Shown in pieces: positions 50,781 through 64,000 of a DNA stretch of 64,000 nucleotides; the first letter of the stretch is position 1; each line of letters starts with the position of its first letter. Origin of the DNA: the human T2T-CHM13v2.0 reference genome, Homo sapiens. The stretch lies in assembly GCF_009914755.1 (NCBI RefSeq), contig NC_060928.1. The stretch is one strand, 5' to 3'. A program made the position numbers and the translations under genes. The notes below the pieces were generated by a model. It saw only the letters and a list, made by a program, of their open reading frames with translations. It made no database searches and was not told the origin of the DNA.

Positions 50781-51339
50781 CTACAGAAATATGAGAAGGA
50801 ACAGGGAGGTTAAGAAGAAATGGAATTCCAAACAAGAAGCCTGTCTGTTTTCTTTAATGTATTTTTAGATAATAGCTATCTGAATGATACAACACACTTA
50901 CCTCTTATGCTCACAAATAGTAATACTGTAAGAAGAAGGCTTTTGGAATAGACTCTGGTATTTTGACATGATCTAGATTTAGTGATTTTTAAATAGAGTA
51001 TATTGAATAAGGTTTGTTTATATTAGGGGCTAAATAAACAAGATCACAGGATGCTAGGGCTGGCTTAGCTCAATTATTTCATATTACAGATGAGAAAACT
51101 GAGGTGTAGTAAAATTAGGACTAGAGAATCCACAGCATGAAAATAGTATCGATTTTTTTCCTGCTACTGCTCTACCCACAGTGGCATAGCTGTGAGCAGC
51201 ATCTATGTAATCTGATCATCACACACCCCAACTAGAGTTCTTTGTATGACACCATAATATAGCCAGAAAATTATATCTTATTTTACAAGGAGTGCAGGAT
51301 TGATTAGAGGATTTCGGTTTAGATTCAGTGTGTTTTAAA

Positions 51340-51932
51340 TGTTATTTTAATAGTTTACTTACATTAAGATTCACCAATGTAAATGCACAGTTTGAAGAGT
51401 TTTGACAAATGCATATAATCATGTGACCACCACCACAATCATAAAACGTTTTTATCCATCCACAAAAGTTGACTTGTGTTTCTTGCAATCCATCTCCTTC
51501 CCTGTCTCCCAGGCCTTGGAAATCACAAATCTGCTTTGCATCATTATAGATTTATTTGCCTTTATGAGAAATTTCATACAAATGAAGCATATGTTTTGAT
51601 TCTTTCATTTAGCACAATGCTTTTGAGATTCATCCATGTACCATGATATGTTTTCCCTTTTATTGCTGACTATTGTTTCCCATTGTGTGGCTATACCACA
51701 GTTTGTTTATCTATTTACTGGCTGATAATTTGGGTTATTTCTAGTTCTTGGCAATTGTGAGTAATGCTTCTATGAATATTCAAGTACGAGTCTTTGAGTG
51801 GGTATGTATAGGTTGGTGCAAAAGCAATTGCGGTTTTCCCATTACTTTTAATAGCAATAACCACAATTACTTTTGCACCAACCCAATAATTTTTTTTCTA
51901 GAATAAATACGTAAGAGTAGGATTGCTAGGTT
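51340..51932 (-). mobile_element. Old L1M 3' fragment
   Basis: ttttgacaaatgcata...ttttgagattcatccatgt...gagtaggattgctaggt. Confidence 0.75.
51808..51887. mobile_element. MADE1 (Hsmar1 MITE)
   Basis: ~80-bp imperfect palindrome taggttggtgcaaaagcaattg...caattacttttgcaccaacc. Confidence 0.9.
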
Positions 51933-53999
51933 CTGATGCATTTTTGCAGTTTTAAAACAGCAACACATAGGTTTAGGGCTAAAAGACTGAACAGTATTCA
52001 TTGTAATTTAAATGATTTAGGCAGACCAGATTTAGGCAGAACAAAGACTATGAAATAATAACCTATTATACCAGATAAGAAGTTTTTGAAAAGTATAAAT
52101 ATTTCCCACCATACCTCACTTTAATAAGAAGCAATGAGGAGATGACAGTGAGATTCTGGACTGGATGCTCCAGTCTTGTAAGAGTCTTTCTTGCTTACAG
52201 CTATGGTAAATGCACATATGCAAGATGACACCAATGCCCACTGTCATCTAAACATCCGTACAAGTTGGTGTCCATCACTGCATGTTGCTTGTATAGATCT
52301 AAGTTGCTAAAAAATGATAGTGGGCTCCAACCGACTTCAGATGTTTTGCTCGGAAGGGCACTGACTCACAAAGTGTTTCAGAATGGTTTTTTTGAAAGAA
52401 CAAAAATTTTAGAATTATTTGGAAGTAACAAATTGACTGTTTCGTTATCCTGGAATCATAAAAATTGTTAGAGCTGGAGAGTTGATGAGAACAAAATGTG
52501 TTTGCTAGGGCAGAGGGCAGAAACTGATCAAAATGGACAGGCACAAGGGGAACTATCACTTGGTGGGGAAGCTAGCTGAGTTTCAGTGGCGGTCTATGCT
52601 TTGAAACCTTATTATCTCATGAGATTCCTTCTCTGGGGAAACCTATGCATGAAAAAGGTCTCCACACTCAAGTCAACCAGGATAGGCTGGCTCTTGGGAT
52701 GTGAGACATAGTGCTATAACTGAATGCCTAAGACAGGCACTCTCCAGTTAAATGGGGAAAGAGGTAAGTGGTTAGCAATATAGAAAGGCTCTCAAGATGA
52801 GATGAAACACTGTCAGGGAGACTTTCTGTGTTCCTGGCACACAGACAAAGGAAAAAAGGTCTTAAGCTCTTACAACAATCTGATTAAATAGCATACAACT
52901 TTTGGAATGTCTTTTTAAAGAGCCAGATGTTTAAACAGAACTATACCTTTGGAGAACACAGTTCTCAATTTTGCCTAGCCATCAAGTGTGCATTATGTTG
53001 GTATGACAGGCTATATGACAAAGAACCTTGTCAGAAACTGCATGTTAACTCCTCAGGACGAATGCCAAAAGCAGATACTGTAGACACTAGGCTCGCATAG
53101 TAACTAACACTATCTTCACTAAATATAACTATCTGTATTAAACCTCTTTCTCAATATATGTCACCTAATGAATATTCAAATAATGATTTATTTGTAGTTC
53201 ATGAAACAAAAGCAATTGAGATTTTTTCTTTTTCTGTTTAATTTTTTTTTATATTTGACCAATCCACTGGTTGACATAGATATGACATTCAAGTAGGTTG
53301 ATTTCTGGGTTAAATGAAAGACTGAAATATAATACTTCTTGAAAATCATTTGGCGATTGAACTCTGCTAAAGCAGAAATCAAGACAATATGTTTTAGCAA
53401 GATTTTTAAACAAGAGTTGGTGAAAAAAGTTGTCTAAGTAAATTGTATTTAATAAAAAAATTCAGTTGATCTAAATGGAACATTCCTTTTAGGATTCTAG
53501 AAAATTTACTTTGGGCAACTCTTTGAGCAGTTATATTCAATAGTTAAGAATGTGAATACTGACATTCATTTAAGTAAAAAACAAACAATATTTTATCTGC
53601 AACAAGTTAAGAATCCTCAGGACTTGGAAAAATTCTGTTCTGAAAACATCAAATATATTCTGAGATGAAAGATAAGGTCCCTGGCGATTGTCTGTACATA
53701 TCCCGTATTTTACAGTGAAGAGGCTTCAAGGAGTATAAATTTATGATTTCCAGGCTGGTATCAAAGACACTTATTGGGTCTCAAGCCTTGTTTGGGTGGC
53801 TTGACCAGTGGTAGAGCATAGCATCTTTGTGAGAAATATTAAAGATTCATTGTTTGCAGAGGTAGATTATGAGGCATGATGAATGACAGTTTTAATGGGT
53901 ATGGGTTTAGTTCTCCAAAATTAAGGGTTAGAAACAAAGATTCATTTCATGTTAACCTAGGAGTTCCCTCCCTTAGCATGGTGATGTGCTCTCCAAACA

Positions 54000-54165
54000 A
54001 GGCACGCGAAAGCTGATTTGCAAACTTTGCTGATTTTTGTTGTATTAATATTCCCATCATAGCCAACTTCAACTATCAATGTGAAGTCACTGAGCATAGA
54101 GTAGGGAAGAGGTGCACAGAATCAGCTTTCAGGAGCAGTTACTAGCTGGATCCAGCATACCACTC
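54000..54165. mobile_element. hAT-family MER (MER63-like) fragment
   Basis: Ends in ...gctggatccagcataccact; family assignment from memory. Confidence 0.45.
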
Positions 54166-55758
54166 TATCCATGATGATGATGGCATCGATTGCCCCTGTC
54201 CAGGCCTCCCTCACCTCACTGGCAGCCTGAGAATTTGTGAAGTTACTTTAAAAATTAATAACTTATTTACAAAAGAGTATTTATGGCTCAGTCTCTGTGG
54301 CTACATATTACATTTGCTTTACAAAAATCATAAATGTTAAAATCAGAGAGAAAGTCCTATTAAGGAACTACACTAAAGGGTAATTAAATCATTATATTAT
54401 GTTGTTTGGTTACTTTATGAGGTGGCCAGGGCGTTTTATCAATGAGAAAATTGAGGCAGAGAATGCCCCATGATATCCAAGGAGTCAAAGACCCATCTCC
54501 TGATAGTCAGCCTGGGGCACTTTTTACTTTCTCACATTGTCTTTAGTTGTTTGTTTAGTTGATTATAAATTCTTTTAAACACACAATTTTCTTTTAATAT
54601 GTACATTTTAGTAGGACAGCAAGACAAGCAATCACCCTCTTTAAAGTGCAGCAGCTAACACCTCATTGGAGCAGGAGGCTTTTGGACCCCAGGCACAAGT
54701 CACCTCATGCCCCAGGAGGGCTGATGATTGAAGGGTGGTGGGAGAACCAGAGGAGAGAGGAGGAGGGTAGCAAAGGCTCGGCTGGAGCAGCATGGGAGCG
54801 TCTATCTAGAGGGGACTTTGGTACTTTTGTTTCCAGCAGATTGGCCAGTCAGGTACTCTGGGATGCCCGTACAGTAAAAAACAACTAGAAAAAATAATGA
54901 TTCTGGCTTTTCTGTTCTCATAGGGAATATCGTCAAGTGTAGGGAATATCGTCAAGTGTCAAAAAAAAAAACAAAAACCCAAAAACCCACAAACAAAACA
55001 AAATTGAAATTAAAAATAACTAAAACAAACCATAAAAACCCTCCCCCAACCTGAAATCCCATAACCCATAGAAGGGATTCCCATTCAGAAGGTGGTATCC
55101 CCCCAAGAGCAGGTGCACTATCACCATTGCAGGTGGAGACAGGCCTTGGGCAAGGGCACCTCACAGAGCTGACTTGGAAGCTATGGTTATGCCTGAGGAT
55201 ACAGGGCAGCAGGAGTGTGTCTGGATCAGTAGTACCCTCTGAATCCTGGAGTAAGCAAAGCAAACCTTTCTTGGAGGAAAACATTTTCAAGTGAAGCCCT
55301 CAGATCTTTCACAGATTCAGATCAAATACATGTAAGATTTTAGATGCATAGAAAAAACATCTCTACAAAGACAACTTTTAGATGAAAAACAAAGTGCTTA
55401 ACAATGGAAGCCAGAATATGTTGGAATAATAACTTTAAAATGCTAGGAGAGAATTACTACCAACCTAGAATTTCAAGACTGGAGTTGAAATAAAGACATG
55501 TTCTGATAAACAGAAAATGGTGAGAGTTTACGCCCAGAAAACCTTCAGTAAGGGGACTTTTAAACCATATGATTTGTACTTCAGGAACAGAAAACTATAA
55601 TCCCCCCAAACCGTCTGAGATGCAAAGTTTAACTTCTATAACCTATGAACACATCTACAACTAAATAAATCAACACAGAGAATCTTTTTTAAAAGGAAAG
55701 AAAAAAGAAAGTCTTTCACCTGGACATGCTTGGAACCCTTTAAGAATTATCCACTTTT

Positions 55759-56075
<317 letters not shown>

Positions 56076-56459
56076 TCATCTGTTTTCTACCTCCATCTTA
56101 GGGGATGACCCACAGAAAAAATCCAATCGGAGAAGTGGGGCGAGGTCCATGGCTTGTGGTTTACTACGCAGTTCTTTTTAACTGGATAGAGTAGATCATT
56201 AAAAACCGCAACGTATTTGACTTGGGCCTGACCAAAAACCACAGGATGATTCAATGCTGTACCTACTCATTTGGTTTTAGGTTCTGTGGTTTGCTATTCA
56301 TTGGCTGTTCCTCCAATAAGGCAGTTTTTTAACAAGAGAGTGACTAATGAGAAGAAAAAGATGGATGAGATTTTTCTTAAGAATGAAATAATGCCGAGAA
56401 ATGTCTAATTTCCAAGTCTTTACTTAAAGAATCTTTGCGCTTAAAACATTTCATTATAG

Positions 56460-56682
56460 AGCAAGAGTTTTCAGTTGGGCTGATTTTACCTGCTAGGGGA
56501 CACTTGGCAATGTCTGGTGACATTTTTGGGGGTCACAGATGGAGGTGGTAGATGCGTCTAGATGCTAGATACTTGCATCTAGTATATAGAGACCAGGGAT
56601 GCTGCTTAACATTTTACAAAGCATGGGACAGCCCCCACAATAAACAGTTATTCAAAACATTAATGGTGCCAAGGTTGAGAAG
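56460..56682. mobile_element. MER20
   Basis: ggggacacttggcaatgtctggtgacattttt...gaccagggatgctgc...gtgccaaggttgagaa. Confidence 0.8.
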
Positions 56683-57764
56683 AGGAACAAGAATAAATTC
56701 TCCTCTGCCCTGGAAGACAGAGGATTTGGCAGTAAACAGATAATTTAAGATATTTAAAACCAACTACAAGGACAAACCTTTGTAATGCATCTTCAAGATC
56801 TTCATGTTTGTTGCGTTTGGCTATATATCCAGAGATAGGCTTATTGCCTATTCTTTAACTAAGATTTCCTCTTGAAAGCACCAGATATAGCCAGCTCCAT
56901 ATAATGTTAGCAACTCTTGGGTTTAAGCTAGTTTTACATTTGGGAAGGAAAAAGTGAAGAGGAGAAAAAACAAGCTAGGTGAGGTACTCCTTGAGGCCTT
57001 TCTCCTTAGCTAGCTGATCACTGAAAGGATGTGCCTAATTCTTTCTTCCATTGGTGCACTGGGGCTCTAGTTTGGGTCTTGCAATAATGGGCAAGTATGT
57101 GGGAGCTACGGGGTGTGGTTGAGGCTGGACAGACCAGCTATTGTAGAAAGTGTACTCATGCTTTGCTCTGGGCTTCAAGCTGGGCTTCTTCTGGTATTAG
57201 TGACACATTCTCTGTCTACAACCAAAGTGTCCAGCAGAAAATGGTGCTAAAGTCTCTTAGATGTGAATGAAAGAGATGAGATGGTAAACAGCCCAGTTGA
57301 ATAGATCATATGTAATTGCTACGCTAGAAAAATTCACCGAGTGTCTGTCTGTTCATCCCTTGGAAAGAGCTATGCTGCAGAAGGACCATCCAAATGAATA
57401 GCGAGGCTCAGTGTCTGGCACGGAGTCAGCTAGGATGGAGGAGTGCTGCTTCCCCAAGTAGGAGGGCTACACCTAACTTTAGCTTCTCATAAGATTCCCT
57501 TATGTAATCCAACTTCCCACATGATTTCCAGATGTGAAAGCTGGCATGCCTGGAAAACTCCCTGCATAGCTGGTGCACAACTCAGACTGCTTGACACCTG
57601 AGCCTTGACCCCGAGATCCCCACATAAGAAGGTATTTTCATGTTTGTGGTTAAAAAAAAGAAAAAGAAAAAGAAAAAATAGGATACAACAGGGTCGGGGC
57701 CCTTCCTGGAACACTAAGCCACTGTATGCAAGGTAGCATCTTGACTCTTGCATATCTCTTGGTG

Positions 57765-58713
57765 GAACTGAAACTGAGGGCTAAGCTGATTAAGTTTGCC
57801 AAACTTAACCTGCCTTGCTTGCTTTTAACAGCTTACTTATGGCTTATGGTAAAACTCCCATTAGCAGCCAAGTACGGTGGCACACACCTGTAGTCCCAGC
57901 ACCTTGGGAAGCCAAGTCAGGAGAATCACTTGAAGCCAGGAGTTCGAGACCAGCCTGGGCAACATAGTGAGAACTTCGTCTCTACAAAAAATTTTAAAAA
58001 TTATCCATGCATACAGGTTGGTGCCTGTAGTCCCAGCTACTCCAGAGGCTGAGGTGGAAAGATGGCTTGAGCCCAGGAGTTTGATCCTGCAGTGAGCTGT
58101 GATGGAGTCACTGCACTCCAGCCTGGGTGATAGAGTGAAACCCTGTCTCAAAATCCTCCCCCAACCTACCAAGAAACCAACAACAAAAAACTCCCACTAG
58201 CAAATCACTTAGCCAAACAATGCATAACTAAACTCCCACTAGCTTCCTTATAGATAACATCTCTAACTGTGGGGACTATAATAACATTGCTTAAAGTTGT
58301 TTTTCAGGAACTAGGGGGCAGCTCTTGTCCAGTTCAAGCTGTCGAGACCACTGACCTTTAACTGGGCCTGCTTGAGTGCCCAAAGAGTGATCTTTTGATG
58401 TCAGAGGGCCAAAAGCTCCAACCTCAGATTATGCTAACACTGCCATTTTGTGCATATGTGTCCTATGAATTACCATGTAGCTTGATTAGTTTTGCACAGA
58501 AACCCCAATTACCTCACCTTTCCTACTTGCCAATCACCTTTCCCCATGCTTTAGAAGACCCTGCTTTCTATTTCATAAGTACTCCCAAATTTTGATTCGT
58601 TCTCTTGTATCTTTGTATGGCAGCCTTGTGAAGGAAATTTTTTCTCTTTTGCAAAACCTGTCACCACAGTGATTGTCTTGCTGTGCACAAGCAGAATGAA
58701 CCTGGCCAGTAAC
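57765..58713 (+). mobile_element. ERV1-type solo LTR interrupted by an AluJ (57866-58190)
   Basis: LTR-like TG...CA ends; the Alu is flanked by aaaactccca on both sides. Confidence 0.6.
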
Positions 58714-59204
58714 AGAATTATAAGTGTGAACGTTGTAAATCTTCTCATACTCATATCGTGTGCCATTGTGGTATTTGTCCTCACCTACTCCCCATGTATA
58801 GGATGAAAGTTCAATTCGGTTATTTAAACATCTCTGGAAGTCATGTTAAAGTAAATGTTTAACAATTACTTATTTTCATAAATAAAATGAACATGAGCTA
58901 CATACACAGTGCAGTGGAAAGCAGACTCATGCTTTGTATGTTACTAATAATTCACAAATACTAAACATGACTACAGGTAAGTGAAGGAGGCAACTAGTTT
59001 TATGCTGTGTTTTGCTGGGGACCTCAAGGCCCTACTATTAAAGTTTCCATCTGCCAAGGTACTGCCTGCCCCTACTAAATGATTAGTGCACCATCAGTGT
59101 TTACAAACAATGTTGTGGGGGTATTATTTAAAAAAAAAACCAAAACATTGTTTGGGAGAGGAAGAAAAGCTGGAGGAATAAATTCTCCCTTGCTGACATA
59201 TCAA

Positions 59205-59680
59205 CAAGTAGGAGCACTGATTTTGAGAGACTGAATATACAGATGGAAAATGGCCATACCATACATAAAAAGAGAACTCTGACCCACAATCTGCAGCAAT
59301 TAGTCCAGGAAGCCAAGCCACCACCTCTGTAGCAATCAGCAATCAAATGGTCAAGACTTACTAAATAACTGCCAGCTTCCCTAATTTCTGCTCCCACTTC
59401 TAATTTAAGACCAACCACAGAGAGCCAAATATGCCCTCATAACCAATCATATAGGATGCCTGCTTCTACTGAGCCAATCTCCAGATTCCCAGGCCAACAG
59501 CTTCCAATCAGGACATACCTGATACCTTTCCTTTTTCCACTATAAAGCTTTCTCATGCTTCTGCCTGTTGGGGCGAGTCTCTGCCACATGAAAGTGATGG
59601 TGGCTGACATACTACAGCGAGCTCTAAATAGCCTTTTCTTGTTGTCATTTGGGTGGGCTTCATTTGTTTCCGTAATTTTT
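59205..59680 (+). mobile_element. ERV1-type LTR (MER31-like)
   Basis: gaactctgacccacaatctgcagcaa...aaccaatcatataggatgcc...ctataaagct. Confidence 0.55.
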
Positions 59681-60290
59681 GTTTTCTGCATAGTTGCTAA
59701 TAAGATGTTAGAGAATATGATCCTGAGGGGATGAGACATGAGACAGCTAAATCTGGCTGTATAGAAGTGGTCAAAAAGAATGGAAACTTGTTTTCGGTGC
59801 GAAGATGCCTGAACTCATGGTTGGGGGGCATCTGTGGTTGTGAGATGGGGAGAGAGGAGGAGAAGAGAAACTGAGTAGTATATACAGACTATTTTACAAT
59901 ATTGCCCAGAGGCAATGCTGACTATTAAAAATACGAATCTTTAATTTATAAATTTTTGACTAGCATATATAAACTCTTTTGACACAAGATGTCTCATTTG
60001 ACTTTCACAAATGTCTCATTTGACTAGCCCCTTCATGGGGTAGTTAAAATAGATATTTTAATCCCAATTTTGAATAAAGCGTTATCCCTGGTTGAGGAGA
60101 CCAGCTCAGAGGAGTAGGGCACCTGCACAGAGTCAGGAAAGGGGGTTCGCAGCAGGGCATGGACAATGAGGGGCCCAGGCATCCAGCATCTTAACTCTGC
60201 TTTGCTCACCCTCTGTGGTACTCCCAGCATTACCACAGTCTTGTTCTCATCATCTTATTCCTATGAACAGGACCCCACAGAGCCTCATAC

Positions 60291-60416
60291 CTTGACGTGT
60301 GGAGCAAATGACGATTAGTTCCTGGCTTGCATCTCCAGATCGTCTTACTGGAATCAAAAGTTCCCCAATGTCCTCTTCTATTTTGTATTCCGCCTCTGGA
60401 ATATAAACTGTTGATT
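60291..60416 (-). CDS. FREM3: FREM3 internal coding exon (probably exon 5)
   Basis: tttctag|AATCAACA...CGTCAAG|gtatga; 126 nt, phase 1-1; [43 protein letters not shown] (within ORF 60250..60447). Confidence 0.95.
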
Positions 60417-61345
60417 CTAGAAAAGATGGCAGAAGACTTTTCACCAAGATTTAGATTTGATCGGTGATATTTAAACACACCTGAGCAGAAATGTACAAAG
60501 CCTTTGACTCTTATATTTTCCAACATGATTAACTGTATTAAATATAGTGAGAATGGGAAGCATTATTTATTATTGAGTGGAGCTGGAGAGGCATTGGAAT
60601 TGGGTTTTAGGAGACCTCTTTTGAAAGGTTAGAAAGGACAGCCAGCATTAAAAAGGAAAACAAAAATCTTGCAGCAATTTCATGTCTTTTTTTTCTTCTG
60701 AGATCAAATTTTAAGTCTTCTAAATGGAGATCACATATTTATGTACTTGCTTTACTTTTACTGTTTATTTTTTAATATTTTAACAATCAAGTAATCTAAT
60801 TCATTAATGAAGAAAACTGTTTTCATGCTTCATTCAACAAACTGCTTATTTAACATTTATTGAGCAGACACTGTGCTGGTCATTTAATATGCTGAGAAAA
60901 ATAAGCTACAGGTCCTTCCCTCAATTTTAAAGATCATATTGCTGCTGAAATTTACTGAGTTGTGTATATGTGCACACACGTTTGTGTGTGTGTGTATGTG
61001 TGTGTGTGCATACACCTAGACATAATCAAAACATTCATTGAAATATCAATATGAATATTGGTCATGTCTTGTTGATGGGATTATGTGTACTACTTTGGTG
61101 GGGAGAGATTTTAGATGTTTTCTAAGGCTTTTTATTAAGCATGCACTGTGCAATTAAAATATAGGTGTTTGTTTACGAAGTTTTAGAGGAGATTGTTCCA
61201 ACTTATAGTGTGAAGTGGAGAACTGCAGTAACTATCTATGAAACCACATTTAATTTCCTCAGTTCTTTTCTTTATGTTACATATACATGTAGATTCTTCC
61301 TCTTAGTGATGCAAGCAAAAAGGGAAAAGATCGTAGGCAATCACC

Positions 61346-61647
61346 TTTTTTTTTTTTTTTTTGAGGCAGGGTCTTGCTCTGTCACCCAGGCTGGAGGAGT
61401 GCAATTTCGTGATCTCAGCTCACTGAAACCTTTGTCTCCCAGGTTCAAGCAACTCTCGTGCCTCAGCCTCCTGAGTAGCTGGGATTACAGGCATGCGCTA
61501 CCAGGCCTGGTTAAATTTTGTGTTTTTAGTTGAGATGGGGTTTCGCCACATTGGCCAGGCTGGTCTCGAACTCCTGGACTCAAGTGATCTGCCTGCCTCG
61601 GCCTCCTAAAGTGCTGGGATTACAGGAATGAGCCACTGCACCCGGCT
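61346..61647 (-). mobile_element. AluS-like element
   Basis: Full dimer; ggcaatca(c/t)cttttt on both sides. Confidence 0.9.
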
Positions 61648-63358
61648 GGCAATCATCTTTTTTTTTTTTTTTTCCCATTTTGGAACTATTACTAAATGAT
61701 AATTCAGAATTCAATGTTAAATTATCTAGCTATTGTATATTAATTTTTTTCTTCTTTACTTTCCTGCCTACATTAGCTTCAGCAGATATAAGTATCAACC
61801 TCCAGGAAGACACTGGCCCTGAGTCACAGGGAGAAAAGACCAGTGATAGTTTTCTTTCCTCCATTTTACCTGTATGGTAGTCTACTATCTTGACACCTTT
61901 CGATTCAAAACGTTGGCATCATGGAAGAAGCTAAAAGTAAATTAAAATTATCAATGTCATATGAAAAAATTGATACAATAGGACTAAGTTATTCAGTCAT
62001 GCCCTCTATTTTTTCCAATCTGGAAAGCCTGTTTCTATCTGCCTTCTAATAAAAATCCCATTTACTTTTCAAGATTCAGCTCAAACCCTGCCTCTTCCAT
62101 GAGCCTTCATTACTTGGGACCATGATGATCTATGTTCTTCTCCTTGAACTCTTAGTGTTTCTCCCATGTGTCTTACATTTACTTCATAACTGATTCATGT
62201 ATCAAAGTGTTGTTCTCAACAAAACTGGTCTGATACCTTGTTCATTAGGTGGTGGGGGCAGTGTTTTCTACTTCTTTTGTATCTGCCAAAGTGCAGAGCA
62301 TATGAACACTACTTCTCAAATTATGTTTTAAGAAAACTGGAACTTAGAGATTTTAAAAGATATTCCTTGGAGATGATGAAAAGAAAATCCACAGTCCAGT
62401 TTGGAAAAATTAAACAAAATTAAATGGGTTTCTTTATAGGAGAGTTTCTCAGAATCTTTAATATGCTAACATGAATTATGATGCCTCAAAAGAGGGATGA
62501 AATTTGGAATAGTTCCTAGACTTGTTTGATCATGGAAAGCTTTCCATCCCCTGTAGATGTCTATTACACTAACATTCTCTTACGTAGTTCAGAGCACACT
62601 AATGCAGGGGATTCTTCATCAAGTCTTGTGGAACTTAAGGCCTGCTCCCTAGTTGTAAGCTATGCACTTCCAGGTGCTACATGACCTCTTTTAACTACTG
62701 TGTATAATCAATGTGCTTAATTGAAATTCAAAGATGAATACTAATCCCCCCCCCCCCCACCATTTAGGGAATATTCTTCTACTTCCAAAAAAAGGGGCAG
62801 CAAGCAGCATGATTACTGCTTAGATTTTTTTTCCTTTAAATTTATCTGGGGAGATACTTGCTGAAAGAATGAATACAAAAAACGAACCAATGAATTCAAG
62901 GATATTATGTATAATAATAACAGAACTTCAGGGAACACATGTTAAAACAAATGAGTTGGCTGATATCCAGGAGCCACATCTAGGACAATGGATATCTAAG
63001 TCCCCATTTGATCTGACTGTGAAAAGATGGTGGCCCTGAAATGATCCCTGAGGATTAGCCATCTGGGAGCAGAGTTGCTTCGTACCTATGGCGTGCAGAA
63101 AGCCTGCAGTAAGGACTTGTATATATATTACAGGAATGCTGATACAGATCCTCTCTATTTTAATCGTCCTGTATTGTCTTTCAAAAATCCTGAGAGCAAA
63201 TGAAAAATTATTGTCTATAAAGTAATTTACTTCACTTTAAATCCTAAATGGATATGAACGCATTTAGTGGCTTACAGAGCCTGAGGGAAGTATGAATGCT
63301 GGAAATGGAGCCAAGAACCTGTACTGGTTAATAAAGCAAATCAATCAGTGTCACATAC

Positions 63359-63589
63359 CATCTCCAGGGTCTACAATTTCAACCGTTGCCATTTCTGGAA
63401 ACTCCAGTACAGCCATGAGAGGTTCAGACAGAATGATCTGGAAGGTCTCTGAAGTCTCATATTCATTGTCAGGTATAATTCTCACCCTCCATGTGGCTGT
63501 AGTCTGTCCAGGATTGAACTGGATCTGTTTATTGGTCTTCCATTTGAAATCTTTGTCTTTTTTTGCAGTTTCATCTTTGGTACCAATGC
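63359..63589 (-). CDS. FREM3: FREM3 internal coding exon (probably exon 4), Calx-beta domain
   Basis: tttttattcag|GCATTGGT...GGAGATG|gtatgt; 231 nt, phase 1-1; translates [76 protein letters not shown] (FRAS1/FREM-type Calx-beta). Not present in the ORF track on this strand. Confidence 0.95.
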
Positions 63590-64000
63590 CTGAATAAAAA
63601 TCAGAAAACTATAAATATAAAGCCAAGTGACTGAAGGCATAGTCTCCTTTCAAAGTGGTTTCTATTGTTAACAAAAGTAGATAACATAGAAATTGTTTCT
63701 TTTAATGCTCCCAAAAGACACTTGTAAATGATCTTTCTTGGCTAAGAGAGTGTAAGTAAGCAGAATTGAATAGAATTGAGAAGAAAACATGGAAGGGGGA
63801 TTGACAGAAAGAAGAGAACAGAGAACAATCTTATTTAACTTATTTATTCTAGCACATGTTTATTGAGATCCTTTGATGTGCCAAACTCTGCCAGATGCTG
63901 GGGATTCAGAGATGAATAAGAAATTGTCCCAGCCCCCAGAAAGTTCATAGTCTCAAGAGAAAGATACTAGAATATGAGCTCTATGGCGGTAGAGATCTTT

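Noticed and set aside
63292-63597. 101-aa plus-strand ORF
   Set aside because: Antisense shadow of the FREM3 exon at 63359-63589; the same applies to 50293..50613 and 24896..25189.

Overview
Primate genomic DNA, almost certainly human because it carries an AluYb8. It is not microbial: no operons, rRNA, tRNA or CRISPR were seen. The window holds the 3' part of FREM3 on the minus strand: five Calx-beta-coding exons (63359-63589, 60291-60416, 50532-50780, 25076-25225, 16848-17089) in repeat-rich introns (L1, Alu, MaLR/ERV LTRs, L2/MIR, DNA transposons). The last exon reads through an intact GT donor and stops 10 codons later. Downstream of that stop lie at least three decayed exons (14744-14937, 10019-10150, 9445-9853). 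They are colinear with, and clearly homologous to, the C-terminal half of the paralog FREM2, so they look like the fossil of a longer ancestral FREM3. Other notable structures are a ~1.4 kb L1 3' transduction inside an MST element, a locally templated 69-bp insertion in one fossil exon, and a full-length L1PA with an extended antisense ORF0. FREM2 and repeat-consensus comparisons are from memory, not from a search. Repeat boundaries and subfamilies are approximate unless a target-site duplication (TSD) is quoted.
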